Source: Oopsacas minuta (taxonomy: Eukaryota; Animalia; Porifera). Taken from it: a stretch of DNA of 27,922 nt. The DNA is taken from positions 369,818-397,739 of the forward strand of contig JAKMXF010000166.1 of assembly GCA_024704765.1 (NCBI GenBank), given 5' to 3'. Numbering within the stretch: position 1 is the first letter of the stretch; the number at the start of each line of letters is the position of its first letter. Positions 20,163 through 27,922 of this stretch are shown piece after piece. The notes under the pieces are model-generated. The model did not search any database and was not told the origin of the DNA. It saw only the letters and a program-made list of their open reading frames with translations. A program made the position numbers and the translations under genes.

Positions 20163-22790
20163 TAGGAATGAATTATCCTCTCTCTTATACATAGCCTCTT
20201 AGTAATCCAATAACTCAATCATTTATTACAATAGTATATTACTCCTTTAGAGTAGATCTTTTCTTACATTTCACTTATAATTCCAGCGTGTTGTTGATAC
20301 GTTTTTGTAGCGGTTTGTACTAGTGTACTGATCAGCACTATATTTCTTCATATATAGTTGTTTGTTGTGTCACCCACTTATAACATTGTGAACTATATTT
20401 AATTTTTGGTCTCATTCACTACAGATAACCTGTTATACGTTTATAATAATGTTGGGTGTAGATCATTTGTTCCCTTCAGGGACCATATCAGTCATGATTT
20501 GATGTATCGAGCAGGGTTGATCAACCTGTTATGTCATTTTTGGTCAATTTGATCTAACTTGGCAAAACGTGACTAAACATGACCGAAACTGAACCACAAG
20601 ATGCTTGTGTATAATCATCAGGGTGATGATTATCCAGACGTATGCGGTGCGCCTAGAGCCTTATAAATTTGGGCAAATATATCTCTAGGCGTAGAAACTC
20701 ATATATCGTAATACAAAATGTATAGTCTAGGTATGAAATGAGTTAGAATACATTTGTAGACGTATGGCCCTGAGAACCTGGATGAAACCCTATTCGTCAT
20801 GCAACTGATTTTTATACAAAGTGTATGAAAAATCTTAGTTTAGAGCTTTACCTCTGTAGCTTCATGATCTACTGTATCTTTATCCGATCCTAGTCACGAA
20901 ACTGAAAGCTATGATTCTCATTATCTCTAGGCATTCATGAACTCAATAATATTTTGCAGTATTCAACTAATAATAATTTCCGTAATCAGCAGCTGTGTAT
21001 ATAAATATACGAAAATCTGTATATGATTTACAAGAAAATAGGATAAACTTGTTTAATTTAGGAAATGTCGAATTTTACATCAGATCAGTTATTTGCTGTT
21101 TAAGAAATCTTAACGCTTGTTCTTTCCTTGATTCCCATTCCATTTTGCTTTTTCTCTTTCTCTGCATTGATCTACTTCGTTGTGTTATAAATCCCCACAG
21201 TAACACAGTGATCAGAATTTATTGAACGCCGTAGTATTAACAAAATAAACAAATTTTTAGTCTTGATTGGTTGTATAAATAGTACTTGAGTTTCTCGCTT
21301 CGAATATTTATTTGTCAGGTGGAATGGAACTTTTTTGGACTTCCTCAGGTTATCGGTAACAAATACATGACTTTTAGTGATTTCCTGTACTTCATACGAC
21401 CCGAGATACTTTGGCTGTGTTTTTGTTCCTAGAACACATTGTTTGACTCCTCGATGGTTGACCTATATGGATAGGCGAGCGATCAATATACTATTAATAC
21501 TGGTTATTTATGATACTTTAATTCCCTGAATAAGTGCATACCCAAAACTATAAATCAAATATTACCTCTGTGTTCATTTTCTATATGAAAATATCACATT
21601 TCACTTTGTAGCAAATTGGGATGTACGAACTCCTAAAATTGTTGTTATTCTTAAAAGTCAACAAAATATTTAGACTAAAAAATGGCCACGAAATAAATAA
21701 GCGGCGAGGCGCTAGGGTAATAAGGTAATACCTATTTAGTTGGACTTTAGCATCAAAGATTCGCTTTTGCCTTGCTTGATCTTGAATAATGTTGGTCCGG
21801 GCAACTTCCCACTCCGCTTTCCTGCAGGAATCTAAATCTTCTATCCACTTATTCGCATCAATAGATGGATCAAAAATGCTCTCGCGTCTCCAGTTCAATC
21901 ACGGCATCATCTTCTGAATTTGAATCATTATATTATTCGACTTCTATATTACTTGTTTGAAACAAGTACGCTGGATTAAAATCTCTGTCAAACATTAGTC
22001 GGAATGGGATAGTCTTAATAGCATTTTTTAAGATGAGTGTTTGGTGCTAAGCACCCTCATTATTCGTTCTGGCCATTTCAACATCTATGTTGGATTGAAA
22101 TTTATCAATTTTTCTAAAATAATAAACTTAGTATTAGAGACCTGATAATATCAACCATTTATACAAATGTGACCATTACCTTTCCAATATGTTATTGTGG
22201 GCTTCCACGAGGCCATTGCTCTGAGGATGATAAGCCGCTGTCGACCTGTTATCTATTTTTAATGTTTGACGGAACTGTTGGAATTCTTAAATTATAGAAA
22301 TATATCACCTTCATTCTGAGAATTCCATTTACTTAAAGTTAGCGACTAACCCCTTACTCCTAAATTCAGGACCCTGGTCGTGTTGTATTATTTCTGGCGT
22401 TCTGAATGTTAGATAAATGTCACGTAATTGGCCTATGACATCACGGGAACGCTTAGACTTTAGTGGCCTTGCAATGACATATTTCGACAAATAGCACATC
22501 GCAACTAAAAGGTGTAAATAACCATCTCTACTAATGGGCATATCGCAAACTAAATCAACACCGATGTGCTGCCATGGCCTTTCAGGGGGTGGTATTGGCT
22601 GAAGTAAGCGATTTTGATTTGTATTAACATCTGCCAATTTCTGACATATATCGCAACTTTTCACCTAAAGAGAAAAAATAAAAAATATCCAGCCGACAGA
22701 CTGATAGTACAGCTCAGGGATATTTGTTTGTGCTATTTTCGGGGCTTTATGCCCCCCTCCAATGGCCCTCCCCTGTCATTGAGTGAGAGA

Positions 22791-23033
22791 TTTGAAAATG
22801 TCAAAGCTGTAAACTACATACTCGATTACGCCAGACAAACAGTTAAAACAAAATTCTACCATTATTTTGTAATTATATGGCAAAAAGGTGTGAAATATTC
22901 ACTTTAGAAAACATCAGACCCGAAAAGCGAATATTGAATCTAAATGTAGTATATGTATACAGTATACCAATTTTCATGTAATCCGGATGCTAGAATTCGT
23001 ACAGGGCATCTCCCTATAGAACTGCACTAAAAA
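22791..23033 (+). mobile_element. Helentron-like 3' fragment, family B copy 2 (inside the Ginger intron)
   Basis: Shares ACCCGAAA, CCAATTTTCATGT, TGCTAGA and GGGCATCTCCCTATAG..TGCACTAAAAAC with 5387-5599. Confidence 0.55.
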
Positions 23034-23361
23034 CGGTTTCGAATGTAGTACAAATTTATGATCAGTTCGAGAAAAGTACGTACTAACCAAGAGTGCGTCT
23101 TAAGCCGAGTTCTACCGTACTTTACGTAGAAATCTCAAATCACCGTCTGCGCACTTACATTTTACCAAATTAATGTTAGTGGATTATTCAAACTAAATTA
23201 ATTTTCTTCTAAATATCCATTTTAGCTAAATATACAAATTAGAAACTTTTAAATATTAGGTGCCAACTAGATGTAACTACGAGTACACTTGCCAAATTTG
23301 GTGTCTTAATCTCTAAAGGTGTGAACAGCAGAGTGAAACTTATATATATTTAATCAACCAT

Positions 23362-23666
23362 ATTAGATCAATTATCCGAACTTCGGTAATCCGAACAGCA
23401 GGGGGAACATTTAGTTTCTAGAATATTGTTCAAATTTAATCTCAACAAAATGCTTTATTCTACTTTAGTACTTGGATTTCGGATCGTGTGACCATTTTTA
23501 GGCCCAAATTGTAATAAGTATGCAGTCAAATATACGAAATTACAATTTCACAATTTACTTATACCTGAGCTGTGAATTTCATATGGTAAATACACTATTT
23601 TCAGTTATCCGAACACCAAAATGGAAAGTGTATGACGAAGATGTTCGGATAATCGAGGGTGTACTG
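23362..23666. mobile_element. pogo/Tigger-type MITE (inside the Ginger intron)
   Basis: Right end GTTCGGATAATCGAGGGTGTACTG; decayed left end ATCAATTATCCGAAC; internal ATCCGAAC repeats. Confidence 0.6.
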
Positions 23667-24723
23667 CTATGTAATATTAGTCGCCACAGAAAAAAAGATT
23701 AGTTAATGATACGTAGCATTACTATGTCATAGTTTAATATATCAAACGTAGCGTATTCATACAAATAATAATTCAATAATTACTTACGTAGAGTCTAACT
23801 TCTTCGCACATCCCAATACAGTAATATTCCCTGCGAATATTGGTTAGTGTTGCGTTTATTCCAGGATGATGTGAGTCGTGATACAACTTCAAGATATCTT
23901 GCACTTGTGATTTTAGAGGATATTGTAGAAACCTCCCCATTTGGAAACTGGACTTCCTATAAGAATATGAAAATCAGAAATATTTTACTTAATTAAACTT
24001 GATTGATATTGATAACACTTACTTGATAAAGTTTTTCATCAACACGAAATTTCAATGCCTTCCGTCTAAAATTCCTCTTCAAATTCTTCAATTCCCAAGT
24101 ATTCAGGGTACTTTTGACATAGTAGATACTGATATAATTCATCATAGTCATTTGAATATATTAAATTGAATGTTGAATTCGGTGAATACTTGTCATCAAA
24201 TTAACAACGAAAAAATGTTGTAGTGTAAACGTGGGATTGGCGTACACGCGTTCACACCAATCAGTTAGTGTACACGCGTTCACACTGGTGTAACCGCGAG
24301 AATATTCAAGTTTGGTTAATCTCGCGATTACACCAGTGTAAACGCGAGTAGAGTTGTAATAGAAAATTGTCGTTTATTTAGAAAATTATTTATATATATT
24401 GGATTACTTATTGGAGTGTAATGTGAAACTACCAGAACGCAATAGATTTCGAGAACAATCAATTTTTGTGATAATCTATCATAGGCGCCAAGTTTGGGTA
24501 TCTAGGAGTCTGGATCCTCGGTTTAGAGGCGGAGATTGTATTTTCGTGAAATTTACAGAGGTGTCAGCAATTTCGTATGCTGACTCCTCCCAGGTTTGAT
24601 TTTGTTTCCTAATTTGTTTAAGGTCGAGGTAATAGGGGCAAGGCCCCCATATTACCTCCTTCCAGTACCGGATACCAATGCCTTCAGATCAAGATTCGCC
24701 ACCAGCGAGTCAGACGCTAATGC

Positions 24724-24877
24724 CCAGGGCCGGTCTTTGAGGCGGTTTCAAATTTGCCTCCCTAGCAATTATGAAACTGTGCCACCCTTCACCCAATTTT
24801 GAGTAATTAAAAAGTAGAATCTCTCTAAATTCAAAGATTATGCCGCCCTAGTTCACCTAGTGGAAGGACTGTCCCTG
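24724..24877. mobile_element. hAT (Tip100/MER45-like) MITE nested in the TIR element
   Basis: GCTAATGC direct repeats at 24716-24723 and 24878-24885; CAGGGCCGGTC / GACTGTCCCTG ends. Confidence 0.75.
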
Positions 24878-25961
24878 GCTAATGCTAATAATCAAACGGG
24901 AGGGCTTGAATTTAATCAATTGAAGAAAACTGGAATCATGCTACTTTACTGAGCTTCAGACTCCTAGGAGTCCTTTGCACTAATATTAACTAACTCAGAT
25001 GCAGTCATACTTCTACAGGCGACAATAACAGGAATAGAAAACTTTGAACTCTGATCACTATTGAGTGGTTATCTTATCATCATACAATTTTTGTTAAAGA
25101 TGCAAGCATATCAATTATCAAGAATTCTCCAAGTATTACTTAATTGATGCTTTCTACTGTGCCGACTATATTAGTATAAGTGGCCCAGCATTGAAATGGT
25201 TGCCTATATTTTTCTATATTATTATTTTCATTTCTCTGCAGCCAAAACTGGATAGAATTAAGGTGATATATGATGTGAGAACTAATGAATATATTCGTCG
25301 GGTGTGCTTCTCCCCTTTGCTAATCAATCGGACACAAAGTGCCACTATTTCACACTGGTCAAACTTTGGTCTGGCCTCTAGCAAAAATTATGAAAGGAAA
25401 GGTGCCAAAATTTTCACACTTTCGAAAGAGAAAAAAATTCTACATCTTCGTACTCTTCAAGAATTTTTACATTGATTATAGTTATTTTGGCTGAATTTAC
25501 TGAAAAATATTCATTTTATAGCACATGTCATCGGTAATAATTTATTGTTCTTAGATGTTAATTGAACAATAGGTACTTCTAGTATTGTATGTAATATGCA
25601 TTCATTGAATATCTAAATTTACTGGTAGCTTTAATTAATTATATTATATTTATGAATAATATATTTATCAAATTAACCATGGATAATTTAAAAGACATTT
25701 ATTTCCCCGATTATATATCCTTTGAATAATCGTAGAAATTGTTCTAAACAGCAAAAGGGGGTAATTCAATACGCTGATTCTGAATTTGACACTCTTGAAT
25801 TTGTACCAATGAAGTCTTCCCCAGTATTCCCTTCTATACATATTTTTAGTTAAGTGATAATTATTGCAAAAAATTTGAACATTATATGGACTGAATAATC
25901 ATACTAAATTGTAAGTATATTGTTTGATGGATTTGAAATCCAAGCAGAGCGAAGAAAAAAT

Positions 25962-26134
25962 TAAAATTACAACTATGTGCCGACAGCTTAGTCTAATAAA
26001 TTCAATTTGTTAAAAAGTGGCACTATGTGCATTGGGATTAAACCTAACCTTTCATAGTGCCTCCAATTAACAGTGGCACTTTTTAAACGAATGGAATTTA
26101 TTAGACTAAACTGTCGGCACAGGTTGTAATTTTA
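25962..26134. repeat. Fold-back MITE-like inverted repeat (arms of about 62 bp)
   Basis: AAAATTACAACTATGTGCCGACAGCTTAGTCTAATAAATTC.. is inverted at 26071-26133 with about 7 differences. Confidence 0.75.
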
Positions 26135-26824
26135 TATTTTTACTAGTATTTTGCATGATAGATATTACGTAGTATTGGTAGTAATATAGTATTTTATATA
26201 TGTATATATTTTTCATAAAATCAGAGAATTCTGCTATACAATTTAATAATTAATCGAATACGAACAGTTCGCTACATGGACAATTGGCTACACGGACACT
26301 GCGCTACTTGAGTACATACGTATGCATATAAATAAACCACAATTTTCTATTATAACTCTACTCACGTTTACACTGGTGTAATCGCAAGATTAACCAAACT
26401 TGAATATTCTCGCGTTCACACCAGTGTGAACGCGTGTACACGGGTGACACCAATCTCGCGTTTGCACTGCTACATAAACATTGAACTTTCGGTGCTTCTT
26501 GTAGTTTAATGAACAATTTATTTTGTAGATGTCATATGATAATGTCATCCATGATGACAATAGCTTAATGTGATAAGAGTGGGTCAATATCTCACGAAGA
26601 TTAGAGTAGAATAATGACCCCTTTGAGCATCTATGGTTCCTTTAATGAAGGGGATCAATATCTCATGCAACAGCTCAATAAATTTTACAAATTGATTACA
26701 ATAGGTGAAGAGTCACAACACAACAAAAGCTTACAACCGTCGTGTACAAGAAGATAGTGGCAAAGAATTTTAACTGTCTTAAACAAGACTTGTCCGTTCC
26801 GTAAATATCATTATTAGAATATAA

Positions 26825-27922
26825 CAGTGGCGTAGCCAGGAATAGTTGGAAGGGGGGGGGGCAATTAAAATTATTTATTACACTAAACATAACAAATAAC
26901 CTAATTACCAATATATTATATTACGTGTATCAATTTATTTTTAATGAATATACTATGAATGATGTCTATCGAAATCTAATCAACACAGCACATACTAAGA
27001 TAATTGTAATCTCCTATCTGCCATGGATACAAACTTAGAAATGAGGTCTTCATTATCTAGAGAAAGCAGAATTTCTTTCTCTATTGAGCAAAACATCAAT
27101 GATTCTAGACGATCTTCGCACATTGTAGACCGTAACTTAGTTTTAATCAAAGACAATTTAGAAAAACTTCTTTCTGCATGGGCTGTAGTCACTGGGAGTG
27201 TGTATAATATTCGATACACGTAGCGGAGTTCTGTGTATGAATGAGGTAATTCGTTATAAACATCAAGTAAAGGAGTGTCTTGTTTTATAAATGCCTTGCT
27301 AGGTTCCATTCAGCTATAAAACGGTCTGGAGATATTCTTTTGTATTGATGAACAAGTTTTAGAAGATTTTCCTCTGCGTCAATGGCTTCAAAATTCCTTG
27401 GATCCAAAAATGCAAAATTAATTAATTGATTGGGGAAGCGAGAATTAATCTCAGAAATCATACTATCGACCAATGCTTCGTAAAAGTTTACTCTCAAATT
27501 ATCTTTTGGTGAAAATATTATTCCTGTAGAAGGATTATTATCAACTCTGCAAGAAACTCTTCTTGAACGTTGAGTGCTAAATTCAGTATTGAGGCCTAAC
27601 TTTATCGCGAAATTCTCTGCTTTACTAAACGCATCCAACCAGACGTTTTCAGTACGTAATCTCTGTAGTTCAATTTTTAAAACATGGATCTGTTTGTTTG
27701 CCGTTAATAGGTCTATTTGACAACTCTGCAATGTTTCACTTATTATATTGATAGCTAAAAGGATAGGAGTAACTGTGACAAGAGAAATTACAAAGTTGAA
27801 AGTAGATATACTCGCTAAAAGGCCAGTAGCTGTACCTCTAGAATTACCATCTGTAGTAGTAGCACAAACATGTTCAATTGTATCCAAAACTGATTTGAAT
27901 ACAACTTCATTTAGTAATCGTT
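26825..27922 (-). mobile_element. hAT DNA transposon (ZMYM1-like/Tip100 type), 3' part; runs off the window
   Basis: Terminus CAGTGGCGTAGCCAGG..GGGGGGGGGGGC at 26825 lies just beyond the transposase stop. Confidence 0.75.
26995..27922 (-). pseudogene. hAT transposase C-terminal part with one frameshift near 27290
   Basis: hATC dimerisation motif LPVTTAHAERSFSKLSLIKTKLRSTM..RLESL. The upstream ORF (GLLASISTFNF..LQS..DL) is open to the window edge, and the two ORFs overlap out of frame. Confidence 0.88.

Larger units (their letters stand above)
21286..24196 (-). pseudogene. Intron-containing Ginger1/GIN-type (Gypsy-integrase-like) transposase, frameshifted
   Basis: Exons in order: YLLCQKYP..KRNFRRKALKF..LYQ (ends 24023); YHDSHHPG..EEVRLY (23956-23788); VKSCDICQ..PWQHIGVD..HDQGPEF (22664-22351); YHPQSNGLVE (22285-22180); PFRLMFDR..NIIQDQARQKRIFD (22113-21732); QPKYLGSYEV (from 21462). 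No RT or RNase H seen. Both outer coordinates are approximate. Confidence 0.85.
24219..26474. mobile_element. Non-autonomous element of about 2.25 kb with long TIRs, TGTAG...CTACA termini
   Basis: 24268-24379 and 26330-26441 are inverted copies (6 differences in 112 nt), with looser similarity out to the TGTAG/CTACA ends. No TSD confirmed. Confidence 0.75.

Noticed and set aside
20300-21280. Search for the Ginger 3' TIR (TGTAG-starting segments near 20305, 20457, 20754, 20855)
   Set aside because: Similarity to the 24219/26474 TIR does not extend beyond 5-8 nt.
21581-22664. Interpretation as a Gypsy LTR retrotransposon pol fragment
   Set aside because: No RT, RNase H, protease, LTR or PBS; the coding sequence is split by phase-consistent GT-AG introns and preceded by a Ginger-type N-terminal motif.
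24268-24346. CRISPR-like appearance of ACACGCGTTCACAC repeats
   Set aside because: Eukaryotic context, irregular spacing, and repeats are part of a transposon TIR; no cas genes.

Overview
AT-rich eukaryotic (metazoan-like) genomic DNA with short GT-AG introns and transposon-littered intergenic space. The gene style recalls an early-branching animal such as a glass sponge; this is unverified inference. Host genes, all on the + strand: a 5'-truncated TRAF-like zinc-finger protein, an intronless orphan multi-pass (about 7TM) membrane protein, PRPF3, a two-exon divergent 14-3-3, and a spliced gene of at least 1420 aa that the ORF track splits into five pieces. That protein reads as helical/FAT-like bundles + ubiquitin-like domain + SH3 + disordered Tyr/Pro motif array + degenerate RhoGAP. 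The right third holds a decayed but complete-looking Ginger1/GIN-type (Gypsy-integrase-like) transposase gene on the - strand, interrupted by spliceosomal introns. Next to it are a 2.25 kb TGT..ACA element with long terminal inverted repeats and a hAT transposase with one frameshift. pogo/Tigger-type and hAT-type MITEs and Helentron/DINE-like non-autonomous elements are scattered throughout. All assignments come from manual motif reading; no database search was run.
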